From an uncultured Pseudomonadota bacterium (lineage in GTDB: Bacteria; Pseudomonadota; Gammaproteobacteria; Ga0077536): 64,000 nt of DNA. Position numbers and translations under genes: made by a program. The notes under the pieces are model-generated. The model ran no database searches, had not been told where the DNA came from, and saw nothing but the letters and a program-made list of their open reading frames with translations. How positions within the stretch are numbered: the first letter of the stretch is position 1; each line of letters starts with the position of its first letter. Below, piece by piece: positions 39,330 through 49,568 of the stretch. The DNA lies in assembly GCA_902597385.1 (NCBI GenBank), contig CACJXQ010000007.1:4272-68271 (forward strand), in the 5' to 3' direction.

Positions 39330-40340
39330 ATGCACGGGTCAACAGTAAAACTGTCCAAACTGAAAAAAAATCAGAAGTTTCTTTATCTAGCGCCAATGAT
39401 GAAGAAAACCGACCGCCATTTCCGATATTTGGCTCGTCTGATTTCTCCCAATATCCGTTTGTTCACTGAAATGTTACCAGCTGAAATGCTGGTACGCGAT
39501 AACCGAGCCAGAGCACTAGCATTTTCAGAACCCGAAAAACCACTAGCAATACAATTAGGTGGATGTAAGCCAAACATATTGGCTGCTGCTGCAGGATACA
39601 GTGCCTTATGGGGGTACGATGAAGTAAACTTGAATTGCGGCTGCCCTAGTCCTCAGGTCATTGAAGGAGGTTTTGGCGCACAACTTATGAAAGATACCGA
39701 GTTAGCGGCTACCTGCGTTTCCGCAATGAGAGATGCCTGCCCCGAAAGAACGATAATAAGCGTAAAAGTGCGTCTCGGAGTAGACGAACTATATTCATAC
39801 GATTACTTCCGCAACTTCGTCAAGAAAATGCTAGAAGCAGGGGCTAGCAGGATTCATGTACATGCTAGAAAAGCTTTGGTTAAATTAAACCCTAAAGCCA
39901 ACCGAATGGTGCCTCCTATAAATTACCAATGGGTATATAAACTAAAAGAAGAGCTTCCTGACATCTGTATCACGATAAACGGTGAAATAAGTTCTTTAGG
40001 ACCTACACTGGAACACCTAGAGTACGTTGACGGGATTATGATCGGTAGGCATGCCTACGCTAGGCCCTTGGAGCTAATAGAATTCGATCGCGCAATTTCC
40101 CAAGGGCCGTTTGTTCCTAACAAAGCATCTGGTGAGATATTGGAGGAGTATTTGATATACGCCAAGGAGCAGGTTAATCATGGCGCCTCTTCTCGAAAAA
40201 CGTTACAACCTCTTTTAAACCTTTTCCACGGATATAAAAATGCCAAAGTTTGGCGTCGTTCGCTCTCTGAACAAATGCGCCAAGGCACCATTGACATAAA
40301 AGAAGTTCTGCTCATTTCAAACAAAGTTCAAATAATATAG
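39330..40340 (+). CDS. dusA: tRNA-dihydrouridine(20/20a) synthase DusA
   Basis: 336 aa. LAPMMKKTDRHFRYLARL...LFTEM, NLNCGCPS and HARKA resemble E. coli DusA. Confidence 0.88.
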   Translation: MHGSTVKLSKLKKNQKFLYLAPMMKKTDRHFRYLARLISPNIRLFTEMLPAEMLVRDNRARALAFSEPEKPLAIQLGGCKPNILAAAAGYSALWGYDEVNLNCGCPSPQVIEGGFGAQLMKDTELAATCVSAMRDACPERTIISVKVRLGVDELYSYDYFRNFVKKMLEAGASRIHVHARKALVKLNPKANRMVPPINYQWVYKLKEELPDICITINGEISSLGPTLEHLEYVDGIMIGRHAYARPLELIEFDRAISQGPFVPNKASGEILEEYLIYAKEQVNHGASSRKTLQPLLNLFHGYKNAKVWRRSLSEQMRQGTIDIKEVLLISNKVQII

Positions 40341-40433
40341 AGACTTAAATGGCCATGAGAAAAATTTTAACTGGCCAATGACCAGCCGCAAATACTATAA
40401 TATGAACACCATTGAAACATTCTGGATCCAACA

Positions 40434-41090
40434 ATGAACATAGATGACGCTAGAAAAAATATGGTTGACTGCCAGATTAAAACTTGGGACGTGTTTGATC
40501 TAGATGTTTTAGATGCCTTCGAAAAAGTTAAGAGAGAAAATTTCGTTCCACCAGGCTACCATGAGCTGGCTTTCGCGGATATCAACCTAGACTTAGGCGA
40601 CAGTCAAAAAATGATGAGTCCCAAGGTAGAAGCAAGAATACTACAAGCGCTTGCATTGAGGAAGGAAGATAAGGTTTTAGAGATAGGCTCTGGGTCTGGA
40701 CATATGACGGCACTTCTCGCAGTGTTATCAAAAGACGTTATTAGTTTCGAGTGTAGAAAAAATCTTTATGAAACTGCCCGCTCAAACCTAAAAAAGGCTG
40801 CGATAGATAACGTTGAAGTGTACCACGGCGATGGACTTACTGAGTATAAACAATTTGCTCCTTATGACGTGATAGTATTGTCTGGAGCCACCCCTGACCG
40901 CCAAAGAATCATTGAAAAATCACTAGCGATTGGCGGCCGTATGTTCACCATTGTTGGTTCAGGGGACGTAATGGAAGCTAAGTTGGTACAAAGGATATCA
41001 GAATCGAATTGGCACTTGGAAAATTTATTTGAGACCTCCACAGAAATCCTAAAAGGCTCAGAGCTTCAACCCGTTTTCCAATTTGATTAG
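40434..41090 (+). CDS. Protein-L-isoaspartate O-methyltransferase family protein (TolC-associated paralogue)
   Basis: 218 aa with the SAM motif VLEIGSGSGHMTALLA. It lies directly upstream of tolC, an arrangement I recall from several gammaproteobacteria. Confidence 0.75.
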   Translation: MNIDDARKNMVDCQIKTWDVFDLDVLDAFEKVKRENFVPPGYHELAFADINLDLGDSQKMMSPKVEARILQALALRKEDKVLEIGSGSGHMTALLAVLSKDVISFECRKNLYETARSNLKKAAIDNVEVYHGDGLTEYKQFAPYDVIVLSGATPDRQRIIEKSLAIGGRMFTIVGSGDVMEAKLVQRISESNWHLENLFETSTEILKGSELQPVFQFD

Positions 41091-41099
41091 TAAAGATTG

Positions 41100-42455
41100 A
41101 TGGAGAAGAAGAAAAGCTTTTACTTTGAAAAGACGTGGTTAATTTACCTAACCTTTTGCATTTGTAGTCTTTCTAATAACTCCTCTGCCAACACTGTAAA
41201 CATAGTTCAAATTTTAAATATTGCAGAACAGCGTGATCCCAGATATGGCAAAGCACAAAACGAGGCAAAAAGTGTTGCCAGCTTGGTTCCCCAGGCTCGC
41301 TCCAAACTATTTTTGCCTCATCTTGGAATATTAGGCAGTAAAAAGCAAATCGGTCAAGACATCCAACTCAACGAGGCTTTCGGGGCAGGTGGTAAAACCA
41401 ATTACGTGTCAACACAATACAGAATAAACCTAACACAACCAATTTATCATCACGATAGAATTATTAATCTTTCTCAGGCAAAAAAGCGGTTCAAAAAAGC
41501 GCAACTTTCGGTAATTGCTGCCCATCAAGAGCTAATATTCCGAGTTGCCGAGAAATACTTCAATTTGCTATCAGCATCAGATGAACTTTTTTTCGCTCAG
41601 AGTGAAGCTGCGTCTCTAGAGGGACAATTTGGAAGAGCACAACAGAGATTTGACGTTGGGTTAATTGCAATCACGGATGTTCAAGAAGCTGAAGCAGGCT
41701 ATGACAGAGCTAGAGCTCAGGAGATAAAAGCAATTAATCTAATAGAGAATGCGGTGGGCAGTCTACGAGAAATTACTGGGGAATATTACCGAAACATATC
41801 CCCTCTTGGTTCCAAGCTTCCTTTGGCAACACCTGTTCCACTAGATATCGATCAATGGACAGACAAAGCAATAGATGGAAACCTTGAGTTAAAACAGGCG
41901 AGAATAGAGACAGAAATACAAAAGAAACAGGTATCAAAGGTTAAGTCTAAGTATTTACCAACTGTAGATATAGTTGGAGGGCACTCTTTTAGTAAGCAAG
42001 GCGGAAGATTTGGAAGCTCCGAAATAGATTCAACCGACATAGGCTTAGAACTTTCAATGCCTTTGTTTCTTGGAGGAGAAGTTTTCTTCAAATCTCGAGA
42101 AGAAAAGTTCAAATATGTTGCCTCTCTAAACGAACTTGAGAGAGTTCAGCGAAAGGTTGAAAAAGAAGTTCGTGATGCTTACCTAGGGGTCATGAATCAA
42201 GTTAGCCTAGTGAACGCTTATGACAAAGCGGTCACGTCTGCTAGAAGCTCGCTAGAGTCGACTAGAGCGGGATTCAAGGTGGGAAATAGAACGACAATAG
42301 ACATTGTAGATGCTGAAAGCATTCTATCCCAGGCTAAGCGAGATTATTCCAAAGCTAAGTACGAATATATTATTGAAACCCTCAAACTTAAACAAGTAAC
42401 TGGATCTTTGGGGATGGCAGACATCAATTACGTCAACGGATGGCTCACTGACTAA
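41100..42455 (+). CDS. tolC: Outer-membrane efflux channel TolC
   Basis: About 451 aa with a signal peptide and two repeated OEP halves, plus long helical coiled segments. The start is set at the ATG at 41100; the track begins at the TTG at 41097. Confidence 0.88.
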   Translation: MEKKKSFYFEKTWLIYLTFCICSLSNNSSANTVNIVQILNIAEQRDPRYGKAQNEAKSVASLVPQARSKLFLPHLGILGSKKQIGQDIQLNEAFGAGGKTNYVSTQYRINLTQPIYHHDRIINLSQAKKRFKKAQLSVIAAHQELIFRVAEKYFNLLSASDELFFAQSEAASLEGQFGRAQQRFDVGLIAITDVQEAEAGYDRARAQEIKAINLIENAVGSLREITGEYYRNISPLGSKLPLATPVPLDIDQWTDKAIDGNLELKQARIETEIQKKQVSKVKSKYLPTVDIVGGHSFSKQGGRFGSSEIDSTDIGLELSMPLFLGGEVFFKSREEKFKYVASLNELERVQRKVEKEVRDAYLGVMNQVSLVNAYDKAVTSARSSLESTRAGFKVGNRTTIDIVDAESILSQAKRDYSKAKYEYIIETLKLKQVTGSLGMADINYVNGWLTD

Positions 42456-42505
42456 AATAAAAATAGCATCCTTTCCGGACTCACCGAACGATTCAACTCT
42501 CCTAA

Positions 42506-43771
42506 TTAAGTAGCTTCGTCGTACTCGTTTAGAATCTTCAAGGTTCTCAGTAAAGAACCCCGCTCAGACTCAATAAGTTTCTTTCCACGTGAACCTAATG
42601 CCTCTCTCTTCTGATCATTTTCAAGTAGGTACGATACTCGATCATAAAACTCTCCCTCGTCACCTATTAAATCCAAAGCACCGGTAGCCGAAAGGGCTTT
42701 CACTTCTTCTTGAAAATTAGCGGTGTAGGGCCCAGCCAAAGAAGGAACCCCAAAGTAAATTGGTTCCAATACATTTTGCCCTCCGTATGGTTGTAAACTA
42801 CCGCCGACAAAAGCCACGCTTGCAACGCTGTAACAGGTGGACAACTCTCCAATAGTGTCAAGAATTAGGACGTCTGGCTCCTCCTTCCACATCCAAGGCT
42901 CACTTCGATAATGACATTTTAATTGGGCTTGTAGACAAAGTTTACCAACCTCTGCAACCCGATCAGGGTGTCGAGGAGCAATCACAATCAATAAGTTAGC
43001 AAACCTCTTTCTCAGATGTCCCAGAATTGGCATTAGCCTAGACTCTTCTCCCGGCCTTGTACTTCCGCAAACTAAAATCATTCGCTTACAGAAATGTTTA
43101 TCGAACAGCCCTTTTAATTCTCCAGACAATGAAGATTCATAATTCACTTCAAACTTCAGATTACCAGTGACCTGAATAATTTCTCTTGGATAACCTATTT
43201 TTTCGAAGCGTTCAACATATTGAATATTTTGAGCTCCGATACTCGTTACTGGACCTACTACTTCAGACATCAGAGAATAGAGTAACTGATATCGATTGAA
43301 GGAACGGTTGGACAATCTAGCATTTATCAAAAGCACTGGGATCTCTTGCTTTTGACATAAACTAAGCAAGTTGGGCCAAAGCTCAGTTTCCATCAAAATT
43401 AATTTTTTGGGATTATATTTTCTAATTAGTCGCCGCAATATTAAAGGAATGTCATAGGGGAAAAACACATGTTTGACCTTATCTCCAAATACTTTATTGA
43501 CTAGACTAGAAGCAGTGGAGGTAGTGGTAGTAATCAAAACCTGATGTGTCCCTGCAGAATTAAGCAATGCCTCAATTACTGGAATAGACGCATTAAACTC
43601 ACCTACGGACACTGTGTGAACCCAAATCGAGGAGTATTTCTCTCCTTCTGGGTAAATACCCAACCGTTCGAGCGACCTAAAACCCTCTTTTCTGGTTAGG
43701 GACTTTATCAGAAGAGCAGGAACAAAAACTATAAAGATGAAGTTATAGACTAGTCTTAGGAATTTAGCCAG
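42506..43771 (-). CDS. waaA: 3-deoxy-D-manno-octulosonic acid (Kdo) transferase; 5' end has no canonical start codon
   Basis: HTVSVGE, ETELWPN and FVGGSL...GGQNVLEP match WaaA. The track ORF starts at the TTG at 43663. The same frame stays open 36 codons further up and encodes LVYNFIFIVFVPALLIKSLTRKEGFRSLER. That segment aligns with the E. coli WaaA N-terminal TM helix. The only start-like codon there is CTG at 43771. Confidence 0.85.
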   Translation of the reverse strand: MAKFLRLVYNFIFIVFVPALLIKSLTRKEGFRSLERLGIYPEGEKYSSIWVHTVSVGEFNASIPVIEALLNSAGTHQVLITTTTSTASSLVNKVFGDKVKHVFFPYDIPLILRRLIRKYNPKKLILMETELWPNLLSLCQKQEIPVLLINARLSNRSFNRYQLLYSLMSEVVGPVTSIGAQNIQYVERFEKIGYPREIIQVTGNLKFEVNYESSLSGELKGLFDKHFCKRMILVCGSTRPGEESRLMPILGHLRKRFANLLIVIAPRHPDRVAEVGKLCLQAQLKCHYRSEPWMWKEEPDVLILDTIGELSTCYSVASVAFVGGSLQPYGGQNVLEPIYFGVPSLAGPYTANFQEEVKALSATGALDLIGDEGEFYDRVSYLLENDQKREALGSRGKKLIESERGSLLRTLKILNEYDEAT

Positions 43772-44703
43772 GTCAAATACTCCTCAACACCTTTCAAAAC
43801 GTCCTTAAATTCTCGGTCATATCCAGATAGTCTGAGTTTATTCAAATCTGCACAAGTATAGGGCTGATAGGATCTTTCTAACTCAGATGGAAACGGTATG
43901 TATTCTATCTCTCCATCCACTCCATGCCAATTCAGGATAGTTTCAGCAACAAACTGAAAAGTCACTGATCTCCCAGTGCCACAATTATAGATGCCAGTCT
44001 TTGCCTTTGACTGTTCTGAAAACCACAGAGTCACATCAACTACATCCTCCACTGAAATAAAATCCCTAGATTGCAATCCGGGTGCAAAACCGTGCGAACC
44101 ATCAAATAATTTAATTTTTCCTGTTTCAATCATCTGTCGATTGAAATGAGGAATAACGCTTGCCATTGAACCTTTAAATTCTTCGCCCCTTCCATACACA
44201 TTAAAATACCGCAGACCAACGATCAAAGAATCCGGATTTTTTGCATGATACCGAACGAAACAATCAAAGAGCAATTTAGAATACCCATAGATATTCAAAG
44301 GGTTTTCATATTGAGGGATTTCTATAAAAGAGCTTTGTTGGCCGTACACCGCTCCACTCGAAGCGTAAACTAACGGGATACGCTCTCGTAAGCAAAATAG
44401 TGCGAGCTTCTTTGAGTATCCAAAATTCGACTCCATCATATATTTCCCATCCCATTCCATGGTATCGACGCATGCCCCCAAATGAAAAACCCGTTCGACA
44501 TCTGATAAATCCCAGGTTGAAGAGCAAGCTTGGATAAATTCCGATTTGTCCATATAGTCCACTATATTCAAATCACCTACATTTCTTACCTTTCTGCCAT
44601 TTTCCAAGCTCTCTACAAGCAAAATGTCATTGACACCCAAAGAATTAAGCTTTCTTATTAAATTGCTTCCAATGAAACCAGCTCCTCCCGTGACTATGAT
44701 CAT
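43756..44703 (-). CDS. hldD: ADP-L-glycero-D-manno-heptose 6-epimerase
   Basis: 315 aa. MIIVTGGAGFIGSNL and the YGYSK catalytic motif match HldD. It sits next to hldE. Confidence 0.94.
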   Translation of the reverse strand: MIIVTGGAGFIGSNLIRKLNSLGVNDILLVESLENGRKVRNVGDLNIVDYMDKSEFIQACSSTWDLSDVERVFHLGACVDTMEWDGKYMMESNFGYSKKLALFCLRERIPLVYASSGAVYGQQSSFIEIPQYENPLNIYGYSKLLFDCFVRYHAKNPDSLIVGLRYFNVYGRGEEFKGSMASVIPHFNRQMIETGKIKLFDGSHGFAPGLQSRDFISVEDVVDVTLWFSEQSKAKTGIYNCGTGRSVTFQFVAETILNWHGVDGEIEYIPFPSELERSYQPYTCADLNKLRLSGYDREFKDVLKGVEEYLTWLNS

Positions 44704-44714
44704 GTAATACCCTC

Positions 44715-46136
44715 TCAGAGACTTTCTATTTGTTTAGCAAGACTACTGGTGGACTCGCCCACGAAGAATTTCAAGGCTTTTACTTCGCCCCCGTGGGCTG
44801 ATACCTCTGAGTAACCAACTATTTCTTCTGGTTTATAGTCACCACCTTTAACCAGGATATCGGGAAGCAAGCCTTTTATGAGGTCCAAAGGCGTAGCTTC
44901 ATGGAAGACTATTATTGAATCCACTGCCTCCAATGCTTCCAAAACTCGGACCCTATCCTTCAAGGTGTTGATCGGTCTATCAGCGCCCTTTATACCTTTA
45001 ACTGATTCGTCCGAATTAATGCCAACTATTAGCATGTTCCCTAGTTTCCGCGCCTCCTCTAAGTACTTAACATGCCCAGCGTGTAAAATGTCAAAGCACC
45101 CGTTTGTGAAAATGACCTTACCACCACTAGCGCGAACACATCTACATTGTTCCTTTAACCTTTCCATAGATAGAAGCTTTCTTTTTCTGCCCTTTCCCAT
45201 CAAAATCGATTCTAGCTCTTTTGCTGAGATAACAGCGGCGCCCAATCTCTTTATAGCCAAACCTGCGGCTCTATTTGCGATTGAAACCGCCTTTGCGACG
45301 GGCTGTCCTGCTGCTAGCATAGCTCCTAGCACTCCGCAAACAGTATCCCCGGCTCCGGTTACATCAAAAACATCTTCCGCATCTGCAGGTACATGCAATT
45401 CGGGTCCAGTCCTGGGATATAAAGACATCCCCAACGAACCGCGCGTCACCAGGACATTTTCTATCTGGTGGTCTTTGGTTAATTTTTTTGCCTTTCTAGA
45501 CATAGTTTGATCGTCTGAACAAACACCTACGACTGCCTCAAATTCTTTCATGTTTGGTGTAATAAGATATGTTCCCTTGTAGCGGGAGAAATCGCCACCC
45601 TTCGGATCGGTTATAACTCTTTTATTCCTCTCATTTGCCAACGCAATTAAGCGGGAAACATCATGCAAAGTTCCTTTGAGATAATCGGAAAATATCACTA
45701 ATTGATAATCATCAACTATTTCTTTAAAGGCCTTAGTTAAATGGTCGCTCTTAAACTTACATGGGGAATCCTCAAAGTCTACTCTAACCAGCTGCTGTCC
45801 TTGTGATATGATTCTTATTTTGACGGTAGTATTAAGATCTTCTCTTAAAATAAGAGCTGATTCGATGTGGCACTCCTTCAATAGCTGTCGGACAAGATCA
45901 CCGTCTTCGTCTTGTCCAACGTAACCTAACAAAGACACCGAACAACCCAGAGAGGCAACGTTGGCAGCAACATTGCCAGCACCACCCAATCTATGTAAAA
46001 CCTTTTCACCGTTAACCACTGGAACCGGTGCTTCGGGAGATATTCTCTTAGACTCGCCCATCCAGTACCTGTCTAAGATGACATCTCCAACGACGAGAAT
46101 TTTTGCTTCTTCCAGGAGATTTAACTGGGACTTCAT
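44715..46136 (-). CDS. hldE: Bifunctional D-beta-D-heptose 7-phosphate kinase / heptose 1-phosphate adenylyltransferase
   Basis: 473 aa. The N-terminal ribokinase-like domain has GAGDT. The C-terminal cytidylyltransferase domain has FTNGCFDILHAGH. Confidence 0.95.
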   Translation of the reverse strand: MKSQLNLLEEAKILVVGDVILDRYWMGESKRISPEAPVPVVNGEKVLHRLGGAGNVAANVASLGCSVSLLGYVGQDEDGDLVRQLLKECHIESALILREDLNTTVKIRIISQGQQLVRVDFEDSPCKFKSDHLTKAFKEIVDDYQLVIFSDYLKGTLHDVSRLIALANERNKRVITDPKGGDFSRYKGTYLITPNMKEFEAVVGVCSDDQTMSRKAKKLTKDHQIENVLVTRGSLGMSLYPRTGPELHVPADAEDVFDVTGAGDTVCGVLGAMLAAGQPVAKAVSIANRAAGLAIKRLGAAVISAKELESILMGKGRKRKLLSMERLKEQCRCVRASGGKVIFTNGCFDILHAGHVKYLEEARKLGNMLIVGINSDESVKGIKGADRPINTLKDRVRVLEALEAVDSIIVFHEATPLDLIKGLLPDILVKGGDYKPEEIVGYSEVSAHGGEVKALKFFVGESTSSLAKQIESL

Positions 46137-46276
46137 ATCTTTAACTCCAGATAAAGAATAAAGGCGATAAATATGATTGCGATTAAATCCATTACTTTTC
46201 CCCTTTCCCTTGTAACCACTCGCTTACGCTGATTAATAGCAAAAGAGTTTAAAGTTTAACACAGGAATGGTGTCAC

Positions 46277-47017
46277 CTAGTTGGCAACTTTCTGGAGCAA
46301 CTCTCGAGCGGAGAGATAACCACCTAATTCTTCACCGCTTGAGGCATAAATAGCGGGAGTTCCCATCACGCCAATTCTGAGACCCAACTCAAATTGTTTT
46401 TCTATCGGATTTTGACAAGTCATTTCAGGGATATTTTTACCAAGTTTGGCTTGAGTCAGGGCCTCAGAGGGGTTCGAAGCGCACCAAGCAGATTGAGCCT
46501 TAGTGGAGGAGAGACTGTCTATACCCTTCCGAGGGAAAGCTAAGTAGTGAACCGATATTCCGGATAGGTTGAGTTTGGGCACCTCAAGATGAAATTTTCT
46601 GCAGTAAGTACAATCTATATCAGTAAACACAAAAATCTCATCATTGGAATCCTTTTTTCTGGATTTGAACGTTATCATCTCCTCTCTATTTACCGCCTGT
46701 AAAAATCCAGATCGCAGTTTCTCTCTTGTCCCCTCTGTAATGTTTTTTTTACCATCCAAATCTATTAGTTCACCTCGAATTAGGAACTTTAAATCTTCGG
46801 AAACATAAAAAACCTTAGTATCTATAACAACTTGAAGTAACCCTCGTATCGGGCTCGGAGAAACAGCGGCTTCTGGCTCCCCGGGGATCATCTCCCTCAA
46901 TTTCTTAGCAACACCATCAGCATCCATACTCATCCCATTGCATGAAATAATCAGAAGGGAAAATAAAAATAATTTTATCCAACTTACATTTTCTCGGTAT
47001 TTTATTTTTTTTTTCAC
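46277..47017 (-). CDS. dsbC: Thiol:disulfide interchange protein DsbC
   Basis: 246 aa with a signal peptide and the thioredoxin active site FTDIDCTYCRKFH. It sits in the xerD-dsbC synteny. Confidence 0.88.
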   Translation of the reverse strand: MKKKIKYRENVSWIKLFLFSLLIISCNGMSMDADGVAKKLREMIPGEPEAAVSPSPIRGLLQVVIDTKVFYVSEDLKFLIRGELIDLDGKKNITEGTREKLRSGFLQAVNREEMITFKSRKKDSNDEIFVFTDIDCTYCRKFHLEVPKLNLSGISVHYLAFPRKGIDSLSSTKAQSAWCASNPSEALTQAKLGKNIPEMTCQNPIEKQFELGLRIGVMGTPAIYASSGEELGGYLSARELLQKVAN

Positions 47018-47025
47018 TTTCTTAG

Positions 47026-47949
47026 TTATCCTCTAGGGTGATGAGTTTTATGAAGCTTTTTCAACCTACTCGCCGCAACATGGGTGTAAATTTGTGTCGT
47101 AGAAACACTAGAATGACCCAACAAGGTTTGCACTACACGCAAATCCGCATCATTGTTAACCAGATGGGTAGCAAAACAATGCCTCAATGTATGTGGCGAA
47201 ATATCCTTATTTATTCCGGCTATCCTCGCATATTTCTTAATCGCATGCCAAAAAGACTGCCTAGTCATTTCCTTCCCTAAACGACTAACAAAAACCATCT
47301 TGGACATTCTGTTTCCAAGTAACTCATCTCTTTTGTACTTTATGTAATTTTCCAAACAACTAGCGGCAATCTCTCCTAGTGGCACGAGCCTCTCTTTATC
47401 TCCCTTTCCAATTACCCGAACCACACCTTGTCTAAGATTAACATTGGTAAACTCTAATTTAACAAGCTCAGATACCCTAACACCTGTAGCGTAGAGGGTT
47501 TCAAGCATGGCTTTGTCTCTCGTGCCTATCGCAGAATCAACATCTGGAGCTTTTAGTAAAAGTAGTACATCACTTTCACTTAGAGTTTTAGGAAGGGATC
47601 GTCCTAGTCGTTTAGATGTTAAATTTCTGCTTGGATCAAGATTTATAATCTTTTCCCTCAAAAGGTAGCCATAGTACCTCCGGACACTAGATAATCTCCT
47701 CAAACGGCTTCTTTCCGCTCTACCAGCAGGGCCGGATAGGAATTGCTCAAGATGTTCCTCCCTAACACTAGCAGTACTTATCTTCATAACACGTAAATAT
47801 CGAATCAAAGTATTTATGTCTGCCCTGTAGGCTGCTAAAGTATTATCACTTAACCCGTGCTCCATCCAAAGATGTTGTATAAACTGGTCGATGTAAAAAT
47901 CGTCATTGTTTCGCAAATTCATGTCACCGCATTTATTTTGTGAAGACAA
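47026..47949 (-). CDS. xerD: Site-specific tyrosine recombinase XerD
   Basis: 307 aa. ATGVRVSEL, HTLRHCFATHL and LLGHSSVSTTQIYTHV match XerD. It lies next to dsbC, as in E. coli. Confidence 0.92.
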   Translation of the reverse strand: MSSQNKCGDMNLRNNDDFYIDQFIQHLWMEHGLSDNTLAAYRADINTLIRYLRVMKISTASVREEHLEQFLSGPAGRAERSRLRRLSSVRRYYGYLLREKIINLDPSRNLTSKRLGRSLPKTLSESDVLLLLKAPDVDSAIGTRDKAMLETLYATGVRVSELVKLEFTNVNLRQGVVRVIGKGDKERLVPLGEIAASCLENYIKYKRDELLGNRMSKMVFVSRLGKEMTRQSFWHAIKKYARIAGINKDISPHTLRHCFATHLVNNDADLRVVQTLLGHSSVSTTQIYTHVAASRLKKLHKTHHPRG

Positions 47950-47978
47950 TAAACTAAATTATAATTGAAGATAAGCCA

Positions 47979-48326
47979 ATGTTTTATGAATCCAATCACA
48001 ATAAGTCCATCGATTTATCGAGTCCGAACAGGAGTGCTGCGGAGCAGTCCGCGGTAGATACTCAGACCGCCTCGATGGCCCTCTACCATTACGACGGCTG
48101 TTACTTCTCCGCGAAGGTAAAGAAGGCAATTACAGTTCTAAAACTCAAAATTGAGCTTAGGGATATATTAGCTAATAGCAGACATGGAGAGATATTATTG
48201 AAACACGGAGGGAAGACTACGGTTCCTTGTCTTTATCTTGAGGAAACCAGTGAACGCCCTGACACATGGATGTATGAATCGGATGATATCATTCGATATT
48301 TAAGGGAGAGATTTGAATGTCCCTAA
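47979..48326 (+). CDS. Glutaredoxin / GST-N-terminal-like thioredoxin-fold protein
   Basis: 115 aa. LYHYDGCYFSAKVK...GGKTTVPCLYLE...ESDDIIRYL fits the glutaredoxin-like fold, including the TVP cis-Pro. The true start may be the Met at residue 33. Confidence 0.6.
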   Translation: MFYESNHNKSIDLSSPNRSAAEQSAVDTQTASMALYHYDGCYFSAKVKKAITVLKLKIELRDILANSRHGEILLKHGGKTTVPCLYLEETSERPDTWMYESDDIIRYLRERFECP

Positions 48327-48358
48327 GATAGGAATACCTTCAACTCCAACCAAATATT

Positions 48359-48706
48359 TTATTTGATTTTTTCCTTTATCCTTGCAGCCTTACCGCTTCG
48401 GCCTCGCATGTAATACAATTTAGCTCGTCTTACATCCCCCCTCCTTTTGACTTCTATAGAACCGATTAGGGGACTATGAGTTTGGAATACCCTTTCCACA
48501 CCCTCACCATGAGAAATCTTTCTTACCGTAAAAGAGGAGTTTAACCCCCTGTTTTTCATCGCTATAACCACGCCTTCGAAAGCTTGAAGGCGCTCTCTAG
48601 TTCCCTCTTTGACCTTCACTTGAACCACGAGGGTATCTCCCGGAGAAAAATCAGGTATGTCAGATCGGAGTTGCTTCTTTTCTAGCTCTTGTATAATGTT
48701 AGGCAT
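48359..48706 (-). CDS. rplS: 50S ribosomal protein L19
   Basis: [41 protein letters not shown] is near-identical in pattern to E. coli L19. The start is set at MPNIIQELE (48706), not the track's 48727. Confidence 0.96.
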   Translation of the reverse strand: MPNIIQELEKKQLRSDIPDFSPGDTLVVQVKVKEGTRERLQAFEGVVIAMKNRGLNSSFTVRKISHGEGVERVFQTHSPLIGSIEVKRRGDVRRAKLYYMRGRSGKAARIKEKIK

Positions 48707-48815
48707 CTTTAAAAGTCCGGACAACAAATAACCTGCAAATCATATATCAAAATCTTTATCTCTTCATTAACTTTTTATCCTAATTGTCACTTTATTCATC
48801 AGCGACCGAAACCCA

Positions 48816-49565
48816 TTAGTCCTTCATTCCCTCATCATTTTCACTGCAAAATTGGTCAAACCACTTATTCTCATCTTCAGTGAGATTATAGTTCTCTAAC
48901 AACTCAGGTCGTCGCAGAAAGGTACGTCGTAATCGCTCTTTTTGTCTCCAAACTTCAATGTCCTTATGATTTCCACTAAGAAGAACCTCTGGAACTTCAT
49001 TACCCTCAAAAATACTTGGTCTAGTATATTGTGGGTAGTCAAGGATCCCATCAGTATGAGATTCTCTCTCCAATGACCTCGGATCTCCTAGCACATGGGG
49101 AATGTTTCTCACGATAACATCAATCATCAATGCTGCCGGAATCTCGCCACCAGTTAAAATGAAATCTCCGACAGAATATTCCCGATCTACGTAGTGTTGC
49201 ACCCTTTCATCAATACCTTCGTACCGCCCTGAGACAAAGACCAGGTGTTCAAAGGACAACAATTCTTCCACAAGCCCTTGTCTGAAAGGGACTCCTTGTG
49301 GGGTCAAATTAATTACACAACACGAACCGGCTACAGACTCTTTAGCACACCTTATTGATTTCACTATGGGTTCAATCATCATAACCATACCAGGTCCCCC
49401 ACCATAAGGCGCATCGTCCACACGTCTCTCGTTTTCAGCGAAGTCTCTTGGGTTGAAAGTTTTAATATCGATTAGATGATTACCAACGGCTTTGCCGACA
49501 ACACCCATGTGCTTGTAGGTTTCTACAAACTCTGGAAACAGGCTTACTATAGAAAAATATTGCAA
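48816..49565 (-). CDS. trmD: tRNA (guanine37-N1)-methyltransferase
   Basis: 249 aa. DDAPYGGGPGMVM, CGRYEGIDERV-like SGRYEGIDERV and DFILTGGE match TrmD. Confidence 0.96.
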   Translation of the reverse strand: MQYFSIVSLFPEFVETYKHMGVVGKAVGNHLIDIKTFNPRDFAENERRVDDAPYGGGPGMVMMIEPIVKSIRCAKESVAGSCCVINLTPQGVPFRQGLVEELLSFEHLVFVSGRYEGIDERVQHYVDREYSVGDFILTGGEIPAALMIDVIVRNIPHVLGDPRSLERESHTDGILDYPQYTRPSIFEGNEVPEVLLSGNHKDIEVWRQKERLRRTFLRRPELLENYNLTEDENKWFDQFCSENDEGMKD

Positions 49566-49568
49566 AAT

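Noticed and set aside
44878-45510. A 210-aa plus-strand ORF. Similar long antisense ORFs occur at 5549-6016, 32805-33230, 25792-26205, 20646-21050, 16617-17030, 12118-12408 and 55905-56225.
   Set aside because: All lie entirely inside, and antisense to, strongly conserved genes (hldE, the AorC-like gene, dxr, lpxB, accA, the L,D-transpeptidase, the TonB receptor and infB). Their translations are Ser/Pro/Leu/Thr-rich and low-complexity, with no recognisable motifs. They are typical shadow ORFs.
47026-47949. A tyrosine recombinase as a possible integrase marking a mobile element.
   Set aside because: The sequence carries XerD hallmarks and sits in the conserved xerD-dsbC housekeeping context. 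There is no adjacent tRNA, direct repeats or cargo genes.
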